Source: Actinomycetota bacterium (GTDB lineage Bacteria; Actinomycetota; CADDZG01; JAHWKV01). Taken from it: 64,000 bases of DNA. Below the pieces are notes generated by a model. The model made no database searches. It was given only the letters and a program-made list of their open reading frames with translations, and was not told the origin of the DNA. The stretch spans positions 21,079-85,078 of the forward strand of contig JBBDRQ010000061.1 of the NCBI GenBank assembly GCA_040905365.1. The letters run 5' to 3'. Position numbers and translations under genes: made by a program. This document shows positions 28,870 to 38,522 of the stretch, piece after piece. Position 1 is the stretch's first letter; every line of letters starts with the position of its first letter.

Positions 28870-29103
28870 GTGTATCAAAGATCTAATCTACCGCCACGTT
28901 TATACGACTTTGAAATGCGCGGCCAGTTGCTTTAAGGGCCAAAAGACCCTTGATCGTCGGGCAGGGCCTTTCTTCATAAAAGTCTCCGGCGAGGTGATGT
29001 AGGGCCAGGAGCGGTTAACTGCGCGGGCATCACCACCTTTTTGCATGAGCTTAACGATACGTAAACAACAAGTCTGTTACGTTTCGTTTGACCAGGAGGT
29101 CTC

Positions 29104-29604
29104 ATGACGTCTACGGACGACCTTATTAAGAACAATCAGAGCTACGCGGCGGCGTCGTCGTCGTTCAGTCGCGCCAACGCGTCCGCGACTCCAATGAAGC
29201 GGGTGGCGGTGGTGGCGTGCATGGATGCGCGGGTAAACGTTTTTGAATTGCTGGGGTTGCAGGAAGGCGATGCCCACGTTATTCGCAACGCCGGCGGCGT
29301 CGTTACCGACGACGTTATTCGCAGCCTGACGATTTCCCAGCGGCTGCTGGGTACGCGCGAGGTCGTTCTAATCCACCACACCGACTGCGGGATGCTGTCT
29401 GTGGCCGAGGAAGAGCTCAGAGCTGAGATCGAAGCCGACACGGGGGTGAGGCCCCCCTTTGACCTGGGAGTCTTCGACGATCTGGAGGCGGACGTTCGCG
29501 AGTCGATCGCTCGTATCCAAGCCAGCCTCTTCATTCCCAACAAGACCGCGGTGCGTGGTTTTGTTCTGGATCTCAAGACTGGGGAGCTCAACGAAGTGGT
29601 CTGA
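29104..29604 (+). CDS. Beta-class carbonic anhydrase
   Basis: CMDAR ... HTDCGM zinc-ligand motifs. 166 aa. Confidence 0.85.
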   Translation: MTSTDDLIKNNQSYAAASSSFSRANASATPMKRVAVVACMDARVNVFELLGLQEGDAHVIRNAGGVVTDDVIRSLTISQRLLGTREVVLIHHTDCGMLSVAEEELRAEIEADTGVRPPFDLGVFDDLEADVRESIARIQASLFIPNKTAVRGFVLDLKTGELNEVV

Positions 29605-29790
29605 GGGCCCCATGGCGCGATGAACCATATGCACCCGCCCGAGTAGAGTCTTGGGTTACAACTAAGCATTTAACCCGGGGGGGGATTCAAAATAAGGGCC
29701 TTCTGCCTGCGCAGTTTCCTGATATTTGGAACCTGCGCGCTGCTGAGTTCCTGCGCCGGCGACGCCGGCGAGCAGGATGGCGCGGAGGGT

Positions 29791-30180
29791 GTGCCGGCAT
29801 CCGAAGAGGGCGAGCTGCTCCTCAACCTGTGTCCCGATAGAGGGTGCCGGGTGCAGATATCCGAGGTCGAGAGGCAGGGCAGGGAGTTGCAGTTGACCTT
29901 CGACGCCAATTTTGCGCCGGATCTGGCTCGCAACCACTTCCACGTCTTCTGGGACAACTTCTCGGCCGAGCAGGTGAGCAGTGACGCCGAAGCTCGTTTC
30001 GGGGTCCGTCAGGGCGACTGGTCCGAAACCGACGAGAACCCCTTTGTCACCAAGGGGGCCACGTTGGTGGCCGCGCGCGGCGACGCGATGATTATCTGCG
30101 TAGTGGCGGCCGACCTCAATCACCGCGTGATCGATCCGCAGCTTGCAGACTGTTTCGACGTAGGGGAGCTTGTTCTGTAG
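29791..30180 (+). CDS. Hypothetical protein, probably the mature part of a lipoprotein separated from its signal peptide by a +1 frameshift
   Basis: A lipoprotein signal-like stretch FLIFGTCALLSSC is encoded in frame 0 at 29712-29753. The mature region is in frame 1 after GCCGGCGGACGCCGGCG. A G8 tract lies at 29677-29684. No canonical start was found for the signal frame. Confidence 0.4.
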   Translation: MPASEEGELLLNLCPDRGCRVQISEVERQGRELQLTFDANFAPDLARNHFHVFWDNFSAEQVSSDAEARFGVRQGDWSETDENPFVTKGATLVAARGDAMIICVVAADLNHRVIDPQLADCFDVGELVL

Positions 30181-30204
30181 AGGGGGCCCGCACCGTTGAC
30201 AGTA

Positions 30205-30220
30205 TCGAACATTTGTTCGA
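30205..30220. promoter_or_regulatory. LexA SOS box (Cheo box) TCGAAC-ATTT-GTTCGA
   Basis: Perfect match to the actinobacterial consensus TCGAAC-N4-GTTCGA, 15 bp upstream of the imuA' ATG. Confidence 0.8.
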
Positions 30221-30234
30221 TACTTCTATGTTCC

Positions 30235-30957
30235 ATGGACCCGGCGAGAAATGCATCTGCTGAGCGACTGAGCGACGTTGCCGGGCTGGCGCGTCCGGTT
30301 TGTTTGGCGGACGAGCAATCTCTGCCCGTCCTGACGGCTCTGGAAGGATTGCTGCCCCACGGAGGACTGCAGCGCGGATTTACCGTTACGGTGCAGGGCG
30401 GTCCGGGGACCAATGCGCTGGCTCTGTCTTTGATGGCGGGAGCCTCCAGGGCGGGATCTTGGGTGGCTGCGGTGGGTATGCCGTCGCTGGGGATTGCATC
30501 CGCTGCAGAGATGGGCGTGGTCCTGGAGCGGCTGATTCTGGTGGCTGCGCCCACTTCCGGGCGCTGGCCGAAGGTGGCTGCCTCGCTGATCGATTCGTTC
30601 GACCTGGTGCTGGTGAACTGGCCGGATGCGTCCACAGGGATGGTTCGGCGCTTGGGGCTGAGGGCCCGGGACCGGAGGGCGGTGTTGATCAGTGTTGTCT
30701 CTGCCGGCAGGGGGCAGGCCTGGCATGAGGCGGCCGATGTTTGTCTGACCGTGACCAGCTCCCGGTGGGAGGGGTTGGGATCTGGCCATGGCCGGCTTAC
30801 GGCCCGCCGGCTTGAGGTGGAGGCTTCCGGCCGCCGGTCGCCGATGTCTCGCAGTTCGACGCTGTGGCTGCCCGATCGGTCCGGACGGGTAGCCGAGCGG
30901 CCGACCCGGACGGTTGAGCCGGTGCCTTTGAGGGACGGGGTCTTCGAGATCGGTTGA
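30235..30957 (+). CDS. imuA: ImuA' (accessory protein of the imuA'-imuB-dnaE2 SOS mutagenesis cassette)
   Basis: Its position immediately upstream of imuB with a TTGA overlap, the SOS box, and its size (about 240 aa) all fit. The identity of the protein sequence itself was not verified. Confidence 0.55.
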   Translation: MDPARNASAERLSDVAGLARPVCLADEQSLPVLTALEGLLPHGGLQRGFTVTVQGGPGTNALALSLMAGASRAGSWVAAVGMPSLGIASAAEMGVVLERLILVAAPTSGRWPKVAASLIDSFDLVLVNWPDASTGMVRRLGLRARDRRAVLISVVSAGRGQAWHEAADVCLTVTSSRWEGLGSGHGRLTARRLEVEASGRRSPMSRSSTLWLPDRSGRVAERPTRTVEPVPLRDGVFEIG

Positions 30958-32519
30958 TTAGAGCGCTTTATTTGGGATGCCCCTGGTGGCCGGTACTGGC
31001 GGCGGGCATCGACCGGGATCAGCCGGCAGTTGTTATCCAATCCAACCGGGTGACCGTAGCCTCTCCGGGCGCAGCGTCGCTGGGGGTAGCCGCCGGCATG
31101 GGGCGCCGGGAAGCAGAGTCTCGTTGTTCGTCACTGACGATTCTTAAAACCGATCCCGCGCGTGAGGCCCGAGAGTTCGAGAAGGTGCTGGTCGCGCTGG
31201 AGGGGTTCACTCCCTTTGTGGAGGTCCTGCGGCCCGGCATGTGCCTGTTCCCCACCAAGTCCTGTGCTCGGTTCTTCGGCGGCGAGCAGACCTTGGCCGA
31301 GTTGGTGGGCAAGGCGCTGGAGCGAACCGCCGGACAGCCGGCGTGCTTCGGTATCGGGGTGGCCGACGGACTGTTTGCTGCGCGGGTGGCTGCGCGCGGG
31401 GGGCCCGACGGTATCGCCGGTAAGCCGGTGGTCGTGCCGGCGGGGGAGTCCGCCGAGTTTCTGGCGCCTTTGCCGGTGTCGCTCATCGAGCGGCCGGATT
31501 TATCGAACTTGCTGGTTCGCCTGGGCGTCAAGACGCTGGGGGATTTCGCCGGCCTACCGTCGGCCGATGTTTTGACCCGGTTCGGCAGGGATGGTCTGGA
31601 CGCGCACCGGCAGGCCGGCGGCGTCGACGAACATCGGTTGATCCTGCGAGAGCACCAACCCGCCCTCGAGCTGTCCGAGGAGCTGGATCCGCCGGCGGAG
31701 CGTTGCGACATGGTGGTGTTTGCCGGCAAGAGGCTGGCCGATGAGCTGGCTCTTCACCTGGAGGAAGAGGCGCTGGCGTGCAGCAAGATGCTAATCGAAG
31801 CGGTGACCGAGGATGGCCGAACGATGTCCCGGTCCTGGCGTCTGGACGAGGGGTTCAGCGCCGGTACGATAGCCGAGCGGGTCCGCTGGCAGCTGGCCGG
31901 CTGGTTGAGCGGGTCTGCGGATTTGCCTCCTGGCAGCGCCCTGGTGCGCTTGGTCCTGCTGCCCGAGGAGGTGCAGGCGGATCGAGGCGTCCAGCTAAGC
32001 TTTTGGGGCGCCCACACCGAGCCCGGCCGCCGAGCGGTACGCGGGCTGGCGCGGCTGGAAGGGTTGTTGGAGCCCGAGAGTGTGGTGGTCGCAGAGTTCA
32101 AGGGGGGGCGGGGGCCGGCCGAGCGTTACCAGTTGGTTCCGGCCGGCAGCGTCGACCTGCTGAGCCGATCGGTGGTGCCTCAGTGCCTGGAAGAAGCGCC
32201 GTGGCCCGGCGCAATCCCGGCCCCTTCTCCGGCGCTGGTCTTTGCCGACCGCGCGGTGATTCGGGTACTGGATGCATCCGGTGTTGCGGTGAGGGTGCTT
32301 GACGATCGGCTAACCCTGCAGCCCGCTGATTTGGTTTTCGACGAGGGCCGCCGGCTTCGGGTGACCGGGTGGGCCGGCCCCTGGCCGGTAAACGAGAGGT
32401 GGTGGGACACATCGGTCCATCGCCGGCTGTCCCGATTGCAGGTGGTGTGCTGGGATGGCTCGGCCCACCTGCTTGCCTTCGAGCAGGACCGCTGGTGGCT
32501 AGAGGCAAGCTATGACTGA
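30954..32519 (+). CDS. imuB: ImuB (Y-family polymerase-like, catalytically inactive)
   Basis: N-terminus MIRALYLGCPWWPVLAAG matches ImuB MRALALWCPDWPVVAAG. Has a Y-family fold; the DnaE2 partner is not in the window. Confidence 0.75.
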   Translation: MIRALYLGCPWWPVLAAGIDRDQPAVVIQSNRVTVASPGAASLGVAAGMGRREAESRCSSLTILKTDPAREAREFEKVLVALEGFTPFVEVLRPGMCLFPTKSCARFFGGEQTLAELVGKALERTAGQPACFGIGVADGLFAARVAARGGPDGIAGKPVVVPAGESAEFLAPLPVSLIERPDLSNLLVRLGVKTLGDFAGLPSADVLTRFGRDGLDAHRQAGGVDEHRLILREHQPALELSEELDPPAERCDMVVFAGKRLADELALHLEEEALACSKMLIEAVTEDGRTMSRSWRLDEGFSAGTIAERVRWQLAGWLSGSADLPPGSALVRLVLLPEEVQADRGVQLSFWGAHTEPGRRAVRGLARLEGLLEPESVVVAEFKGGRGPAERYQLVPAGSVDLLSRSVVPQCLEEAPWPGAIPAPSPALVFADRAVIRVLDASGVAVRVLDDRLTLQPADLVFDEGRRLRVTGWAGPWPVNERWWDTSVHRRLSRLQVVCWDGSAHLLAFEQDRWWLEASYD

Positions 32520-32623
32520 AGCGACCTCATGGGGTCGCTGCGCTCCCCGTGGCCCCAGGGCGCACCTGAGCCCCGATTGACTGCGTTGGGTTTGATCTTC
32601 TTGTCCGGAGGTATTATTGACGC

Positions 32624-33115
32624 GTGGCTACCTCTCCCGCCGGCAAGAACGCAATCAAGGCTCTTGTCGCCAACCCTACGGCTCGCCGCCTTGCCCTTAG
32701 AGGAGCAAAAAAAGCTGTGCTTGCGGCCCAGAGTGCCAAGGCGTCCTCGGCCGAGTCCCAGCCGGCGGGCGGGGATTCCCGGAAATCGGCCACGGATTCC
32801 CGGCGAAGCATCGACCGGGCCGCCAACCCCGTGATCACGTCGGTGGCCAGGCCGTGGGCCGAGAAGCTTGCCGGCTCAGCCGGCGGCAGGTCGGTTTTGC
32901 AGGCGCTCAACTCGGTGTCCGCCGAGGTGCTGCGCACCGCCCAGCCGCAGTCGCGGCTCGGCCCCACATCCCGCGCCGGCCAGGAAGGCACCGAATCGGA
33001 AAAGCCGCCCGTCAAGTTCGTAGCTCCCGTGCCTGCACCTTCATCTGAATCGGCGCCAAGGCGGTCCGCTATCAAGTGGCCGCCCGACCCCGCCGAGCGG
33101 ACCGGCGAAGGTTAA
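32624..33115 (+). CDS. Hypothetical Ala/Ser/Pro/Arg-rich low-complexity protein
   Basis: 163-aa ORF of disordered composition with no recognisable domain. Confidence 0.35.
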   Translation: MATSPAGKNAIKALVANPTARRLALRGAKKAVLAAQSAKASSAESQPAGGDSRKSATDSRRSIDRAANPVITSVARPWAEKLAGSAGGRSVLQALNSVSAEVLRTAQPQSRLGPTSRAGQEGTESEKPPVKFVAPVPAPSSESAPRRSAIKWPPDPAERTGEG

Positions 33116-33152
33116 AAGTACGCGGAAACGGTCCCTGCACTAAGCTGTCTGC

Positions 33153-33491
33153 ATGGCCTCACCCGTATCTCTTATCGAGTTTCCCGCCGACGACCCCGAT
33201 CGGGCGCGCCGCTTTTGGTCGGGCGTGTTGGGCGTGGAGCTGACCGGCCGCACCTCCGAGGAAGGTGAGGGCTGGCAGACTCACACCGGCGAAGCCGAGT
33301 TCGGCTTGCACGAGCGGGGCAAGGGTCCCGGCGATACCGTGTCGATTCCGTATCTGCAGGTCGCCGATCTGCCCGCCGCGTTGGCCCGGGTGCCGGAACT
33401 GGGCGGATCGGTGATTCACCCCGGCGAGAAATGGGCGATCTGCCGCGACTCCGAAGGCAGTCCCTTCGGCTTGACCGAAGTGCAGAGCTAG
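33153..33491 (+). CDS. VOC (glyoxalase/bleomycin-resistance) family protein
   Basis: 112 aa with a beta-alpha-beta-beta-beta module pattern and RFWSGVLGVEL. Confidence 0.55.
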   Translation: MASPVSLIEFPADDPDRARRFWSGVLGVELTGRTSEEGEGWQTHTGEAEFGLHERGKGPGDTVSIPYLQVADLPAALARVPELGGSVIHPGEKWAICRDSEGSPFGLTEVQS

Positions 33492-33585
33492 GTACCAAAG
33501 CGGCTCAGCTTGACATTGGTAAGCCATGTCGTCAGGTTAACGGGGTTAAGTAACCTCTTCTGATTGTTTCTAGCGGGGGCAACCG

Positions 33586-35808
33586 ATGCTTGGCGCGCTT
33601 GGCCGTTTTGTATATCGCCGTCGTATCTGGGTGATCTGGGCAAGTGCGTTCTTCTTGGTCTCCTCCGCCGTTGCCGGTGCAGGTGTGGTTCCCAAGCTCT
33701 CCCCTGGAGGCTTTCAAAGCGACGATACCGAGTCCGCGCGGGCGAGCGGTCTGCTGGAGGAGGAGTTCGACGCCGGAGCGCCCAACTTGCTCTTGCTGGT
33801 GTCGGGGCCGCAGGCGCGTTCGGTTGACGATCCGTTTGTGGCCGAGCGCGGGGCCGCTCTTACCGAACGTCTGGCTTCCGATCCACGCGTCAAGCATGCG
33901 TACTCCTACTGGACCCTAGGCGCCCCCAGTCTGGTTGGCGACAACGGCCGTCAGGCCATGATCCTGGCTCGCTTGAACGGCGGGGAAGAGCGGGTCATGC
34001 AAAGCGCGGACGAGATCGCCGGTGAGATCGCGCAGCAAGAAGACGATCTTGCGGTCCGCGTCGGTGGCAGCGCCAAGGTTTTCAGCGAGATCGCCCACCA
34101 GGTGGAGAGCGATCTGCAAAAGGCGGAGCTGGTCACCTTCCCGATCATCCTGGTGCTTCTGGTCCTCGTTTTCGGCAGCGCAGTGGCGGCCGGGCTGCCG
34201 CTTGGGGTAGGCGCGCTGGCCGTGGTGGGGACGCTCGTAGTACTGAGGATTCTCGCCGGGTTTACGGAGGTATCGATTTTCGCCCTAAACCTCACCACCG
34301 GTCTGGGTTTGGGGTTGGGTATCGACTACAGCCTGTTCATCGTTTCTCGCTTTCGGGAGGAATTGACCGCCGGGGCGGGCACCGAGTCGGCCGTGGTCAC
34401 CACCGTACAGACCGCCGGTCGCACCGTCTTGTTTTCGGGGCTGACCGTGGCGGCGTCGCTGGTGGCGTTGCTGGCCTTCCCGTTGCCTATAATGCACTCG
34501 TTTGCCTACGCGGGATCCGCCGTGGTGCTTGTGGCAGCAGCCGGAGCCATAGTTTCGCTGCCAGCGATGCTCGGCGTGCTGGGCCCCAAAGTCAACCGTT
34601 TTAGCCTGATAGAGCAGCGCCCGGTCAACGACGGCGAGGGATTTTGGAGCCATATGGCACGGGTTGTTATGCGCCGGCCCCTGCCGATCGCCACCGTTGT
34701 GATCGTGCTGCTGGTGCTGCTGGGCGCTCCGTTTTTCAACGTGAAGTTCGGTGTCTGGGATGATCGGGTCTTGGGGGAGAGGGCGCCGAGCCGGCAGGTG
34801 CAGGACGAGGTGAGAGAGAAGTTCTCGGTAGGTGAATTGGGTGCACTGACCGTGGTGTTGACCGATGCCGGCAACGCTGCAGCCCGTAGCTCGCAGGTTG
34901 GCGCCTACGCCGCGGAGCTGTCCGCGCTGGACGGCGTTGCAAGGGTGGAGGCTGAGACCGGTCTTTACGTGCAGGGCGCCCAGGTGGCTCCTGCCGGGGA
35001 GGCCTCGACGCGGTTTGCTGCGCCGCGGGCGACCTGGTTATCGGTGGTCCCCGACATCGAGCCCATCTCCCCGGGGGCCGAGCGGCTCGTGGAGGCCGTT
35101 AGGTCGACGTCCGCTCCTGGCTCGCTGGCGGTAGGCGGGGTCTCCGCGGACCTGGTCGACGGCAAAGAGGCCTTGTTTGACCGGCTCCCCCTGGCCCTGG
35201 CCGTCATAGCCGTAATCACTACGGTCCTGCTGTTCTTGATGACCGGAAGCGTGTTGATCCCGTTCAAAGCCATCGTGCTGAATTTGTTGTCGCTGTCTGC
35301 CACGTTCGGAGCGATGGTGTGGGTCTTTCAGGAAGGACACCTGTCCGACATCCTGGGCTTCACGCCGACCGGAACGCTCGACACCATGGCGCCGATTCTG
35401 ATGTTCTGCGTGGCTTTTGGGCTGTCAATGGACTATGAGGTGTTCGTTCTTTCCCGGATTAAAGAAGAGCACGACGCAGGGGCGGACAACGTCACCGCGG
35501 TGGCCCGTGGCTTGGAGCGTACCGGCAAGATCGTCACGGCCGCGGCGGGGATCCTCTCGGTTATCTTCTTGGCCTTCATCACTTCGCAGGTTGCGTTCAT
35601 CAAGTTGATAGGTGTGGGGATGGCGCTGGCTGTGATCATGGATGCAACCTTGGTGAGAGCTACCCTGGTTCCGGCCTTCATGCGCCTGGCGGGCCGGGCT
35701 AACTGGTGGGCGCCGCGTCCTTTGCGGCGCTTTCACGATCGTTTTGGACTGAGCGAATCCAGCCCTCCGGCCAAGCTCCAGCAACCGGTGTTTGAACGGG
35801 TGGGGTAG
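33586..35808 (+). CDS. MMPL-family RND membrane transporter
   Basis: 740 aa with 12 TM helices and two periplasmic loops. MmpL-like. Confidence 0.85.
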   Translation: MLGALGRFVYRRRIWVIWASAFFLVSSAVAGAGVVPKLSPGGFQSDDTESARASGLLEEEFDAGAPNLLLLVSGPQARSVDDPFVAERGAALTERLASDPRVKHAYSYWTLGAPSLVGDNGRQAMILARLNGGEERVMQSADEIAGEIAQQEDDLAVRVGGSAKVFSEIAHQVESDLQKAELVTFPIILVLLVLVFGSAVAAGLPLGVGALAVVGTLVVLRILAGFTEVSIFALNLTTGLGLGLGIDYSLFIVSRFREELTAGAGTESAVVTTVQTAGRTVLFSGLTVAASLVALLAFPLPIMHSFAYAGSAVVLVAAAGAIVSLPAMLGVLGPKVNRFSLIEQRPVNDGEGFWSHMARVVMRRPLPIATVVIVLLVLLGAPFFNVKFGVWDDRVLGERAPSRQVQDEVREKFSVGELGALTVVLTDAGNAAARSSQVGAYAAELSALDGVARVEAETGLYVQGAQVAPAGEASTRFAAPRATWLSVVPDIEPISPGAERLVEAVRSTSAPGSLAVGGVSADLVDGKEALFDRLPLALAVIAVITTVLLFLMTGSVLIPFKAIVLNLLSLSATFGAMVWVFQEGHLSDILGFTPTGTLDTMAPILMFCVAFGLSMDYEVFVLSRIKEEHDAGADNVTAVARGLERTGKIVTAAAGILSVIFLAFITSQVAFIKLIGVGMALAVIMDATLVRATLVPAFMRLAGRANWWAPRPLRRFHDRFGLSESSPPAKLQQPVFERVG

Positions 35809-36441
35809 ATGGGATCCTCCCAGACCGTCCCGTCACGCAGGACACGGGCGCCCCGGGGAGGGGGGGACAAGCTGCGCACCGAGATCCTGACCGCTGCCGA
35901 GAATCTGCTGGTGCAGACCTGCGATGAGGCCGCAGTGACGGTCCGTGCGGTTGCGAACGCGGTCGGGGTCACCCCGCCGTCGATCTACCTGCATTTCGCG
36001 GACAAAGACGAGTTGCTGGTGGCGGTGTGCGAGCGCAACTTTGAGGAGTTGAGCGCGGCGGTAGAGCGGGCCGCCGGCGAGGCCACCGATCCGCGGGACG
36101 CCCTGCGGCTGGCCGCAACCGCCTACGTGCATTTCGGGCTGGCGCGACCCGAACAGTACCGGATCCTGTTCATGCGAAAGGCCGGTCCACAGACCGAGCA
36201 GATGGAGCTCGACCGCCTGCGCAGCAGCTCCGGGTTCAACCTGTTGCTGGATACGGTCCAAGCATGCATGCAGGCGGGACTGATGAGGCGATCTGATCCC
36301 ATGGTCGTGGCGGTGGTTCTGTGGTCAATAGTGCACGGACTCACTTCGCTGATGATCTCCAAGCCGGCCTTCGAGTGGCCACCGATGGAGGAGATGGTCG
36401 ATCACGCAACCCGCGCGTACCTGGACGGGTTGCGGCCGTAG
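35809..36441 (+). CDS. TetR-family transcriptional regulator
   Basis: N-terminal helix-turn-helix VTVRAVANAVGVTPPSIYLHF. Its ATG abuts the MMPL stop. Confidence 0.8.
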   Translation: MGSSQTVPSRRTRAPRGGGDKLRTEILTAAENLLVQTCDEAAVTVRAVANAVGVTPPSIYLHFADKDELLVAVCERNFEELSAAVERAAGEATDPRDALRLAATAYVHFGLARPEQYRILFMRKAGPQTEQMELDRLRSSSGFNLLLDTVQACMQAGLMRRSDPMVVAVVLWSIVHGLTSLMISKPAFEWPPMEEMVDHATRAYLDGLRP

Positions 36442-36467
36442 AGATAGTCCGAGTTCTGATTGCTAGC

Positions 36468-37277
36468 TCATGCGCTGAGGTCGACCGCGGCCGCGTCCGT
36501 CAGGCGGTCGAGCGCCTGATCCAGGTACGTCCTGAGGACTAATGAGTCATCTGCCAGCGCGCTGGCCAAGGCTGCCGGGCCGGCCAGCGGCATGATTGCC
36601 GCGGTTTGCGACAGGATCTTGGGCTGGGCCGGCTGCCCGGCCAGGTGGGGCGCGGCTACGAGCAAGCTGCCCACCGCCTTTGCGGAGCCGACCGCTGCCG
36701 GGCCGTCCCATCCGCGGGAGCGGCCTGCGATTACCTGCTCGTTACGGTAGACCGGTTGAGCTTCGATCACGCAGTCCATTCGGCTTGAGCCCGATCCGGG
36801 CCGTTCCCCGTGGCGCCCCAGGATCAACTCTTCTCGCCATACCAACCGGGCGTCTGCAGACACATGCACCGCACATTGGATGTGGTGGCGGCAGCCACCT
36901 GCCAGGATGGTCGGCTCGGTCAGCCACCTGAGCTCGGCGCCTTCGGCGACGGTGGCGTCGATACGCAGGCGTGATGGCTGCCCGAGCCGTCCCGGCAGCG
37001 CGACGCTGGCGGCCGTGCTGTGCACGCTCAGTTGAGCGCCGGGCCCCACCTCTATTCGCAGACGCGCCTCATCACCGCCGAGAGGTCCGGCGGCCCCGCC
37101 GACCAGGTACAGGCCGCCGGGAGTGGGTCGCAGGAGGAGGGGCGCCTCGGAGCGCATGTGGATAAGCCGGGTGATCCCGCCCGAAAGCTCGGCCACCACG
37201 TGGCTGCTGGAGCGCATCGTGGTTAGAGTGCGGCCGGGGCGGGCCCGGCCCACAAACCGATCTGCCCGGTCAGCCAC
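36468..37277 (-). CDS. ureD: Urease accessory protein UreD (UreH)
   Basis: The family resembles UreD. The start could alternatively be the ATG at 37217. Confidence 0.75.
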   Translation of the reverse strand: MADRADRFVGRARPGRTLTTMRSSSHVVAELSGGITRLIHMRSEAPLLLRPTPGGLYLVGGAAGPLGGDEARLRIEVGPGAQLSVHSTAASVALPGRLGQPSRLRIDATVAEGAELRWLTEPTILAGGCRHHIQCAVHVSADARLVWREELILGRHGERPGSGSSRMDCVIEAQPVYRNEQVIAGRSRGWDGPAAVGSAKAVGSLLVAAPHLAGQPAQPKILSQTAAIMPLAGPAALASALADDSLVLRTYLDQALDRLTDAAAVDLSA

Positions 37278-37864
37278 TCCACCACCTCGCCGGCTCCATC
37301 GGGCGTGCTGAGCGCACAGAACACCATGTCCTTGTCCCCGCGCTGGGCGACCGAGTCCCGGCGCATGACTTCCAAGTCCGCCCCGACCAAAGGGGCCAGA
37401 TCGATCTTGTTGATTACGAGCAGGTCGGCAAGGGTGACGCTCGGGCCGCCTTTGCGGGGGACCTTATCGCCGCCGGAGACGTCCAGCACGAAGATCTGCC
37501 GGTCCACCAAACCCTGGCTGAAGGTGGCGGTGAGGTTGTCGCCGCCGCTCTCCAGCAACACCACGTCCAGGGGATCGAATCGCCGCTCCAGATCCTCGAC
37601 GGCCTCGAGGTTCTCGGAGATGTCGTCGCGGATGGCCGTGTGCGGGCAGCAGCCGGTTTGGACTGCGCTGATGCGCTCGGAGGCCAGCACCCCCTGAGTC
37701 CTGAGGAAATCGGCGTCCTCGGTCGTGTAGATGTCGTTGGTGACCACGGCGATGTTGAACCGGTCTGCCAGCGCCCGGCACAGCGCGGCCACCAGGGCAG
37801 TCTTGCCGCTTCCTACCGGTCCTCCTACACCGACCCGCAGGGGACGCTTGGGTTCAGGATGCAA
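37223..37864 (-). CDS. ureG: Urease accessory GTPase UreG
   Basis: P-loop GPVGSGKT; CCPH motif. Confidence 0.9.
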   Translation of the reverse strand: MHPEPKRPLRVGVGGPVGSGKTALVAALCRALADRFNIAVVTNDIYTTEDADFLRTQGVLASERISAVQTGCCPHTAIRDDISENLEAVEDLERRFDPLDVVLLESGGDNLTATFSQGLVDRQIFVLDVSGGDKVPRKGGPSVTLADLLVINKIDLAPLVGADLEVMRRDSVAQRGDKDMVFCALSTPDGAGEVVEWLTGQIGLWAGPAPAAL

Positions 37865-38522
37865 ATAACTTCACCTCCGAGACTGCGTGTTGTTCGCCGA
37901 ACAGATCGAGCAGCACCGATCCGGGGCAGGGCAGGGTGTCCAATGCCGCGTACGTGTATGAGGTCGCTTCTTCCACCACCTCTTCGACCGCACCCGAAAG
38001 CTTCGCCAGCAGCCGGTGGACCTGTACGGGATCGATTCCCAACAGCCGAACCGCGGCGCCGGCCGGTCCGGCTATGGCGTTGAAAGCGGTGCACCTGGCG
38101 GCATCGGCGGCCCGCAGACCGGCGGCAGCCGTCGCGGCGCCCATCGCGACTGGGTGGTGGGGTCCATCGGGAATTTGCCACGCCAGGGCGTCGAGCTTGT
38201 CCGGCCACAGCCGGCCGGCCGTTCGGATCAACTGTTTGCCTTGCCGGCGGGAAGCCCGGCGGATGGCCGGCGACGGGGTGCGAGCGTCGGCCTCCGCGTC
38301 CAGGTCCCGCCAGTCTTCGCGCTCTACGCTTGCCGCGGCAGCCAGGGCGGCGGCGCTCAGGCCCGCTGTAAACAGCCGGCCGAGCAGGAACCGGCCCAGC
38401 GAATCCAAGTCGGTGACCCGACCGGCGGCGACCGCGCTCTCCATTCCCCCCGAATGGGCGTGGCCGCCGGCCGGAAACCTTCCGTCAGCGAGCAGCAGGG
38501 CGTTGACCGGAGCGCCGCCCAT
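37854..38522 (-). CDS. ureF: Urease accessory protein UreF
   Basis: The internal ATG overlaps the ureC stop (TGATG). The ORF-track extension to 38924 lies inside ureC. Confidence 0.75.
   Translation of the reverse strand: MGGAPVNALLLADGRFPAGGHAHSGGMESAVAAGRVTDLDSLGRFLLGRLFTAGLSAAALAAAASVEREDWRDLDAEADARTPSPAIRRASRRQGKQLIRTAGRLWPDKLDALAWQIPDGPHHPVAMGAATAAAGLRAADAARCTAFNAIAGPAGAAVRLLGIDPVQVHRLLAKLSGAVEEVVEEATSYTYAALDTLPCPGSVLLDLFGEQHAVSEVKLFAS

Noticed and set aside
23658-29103. Direct repeat of the tRNA-Met 3' end marking an integrated island boundary
   Set aside because: Only a weak resemblance (TCTAATCTACCGCC near 28880) was found, which is not convincing as an att site. The island idea rests on gene content and the truncated TlpA gene only.
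29677-29684. G8 tract as a phase-variation switch for the downstream lipoprotein-like gene
   Set aside because: Adding or removing one G does not bring any upstream ATG-initiated frame into register with either the signal-peptide or mature-protein frame, so a simple on/off slippage switch is not supported.
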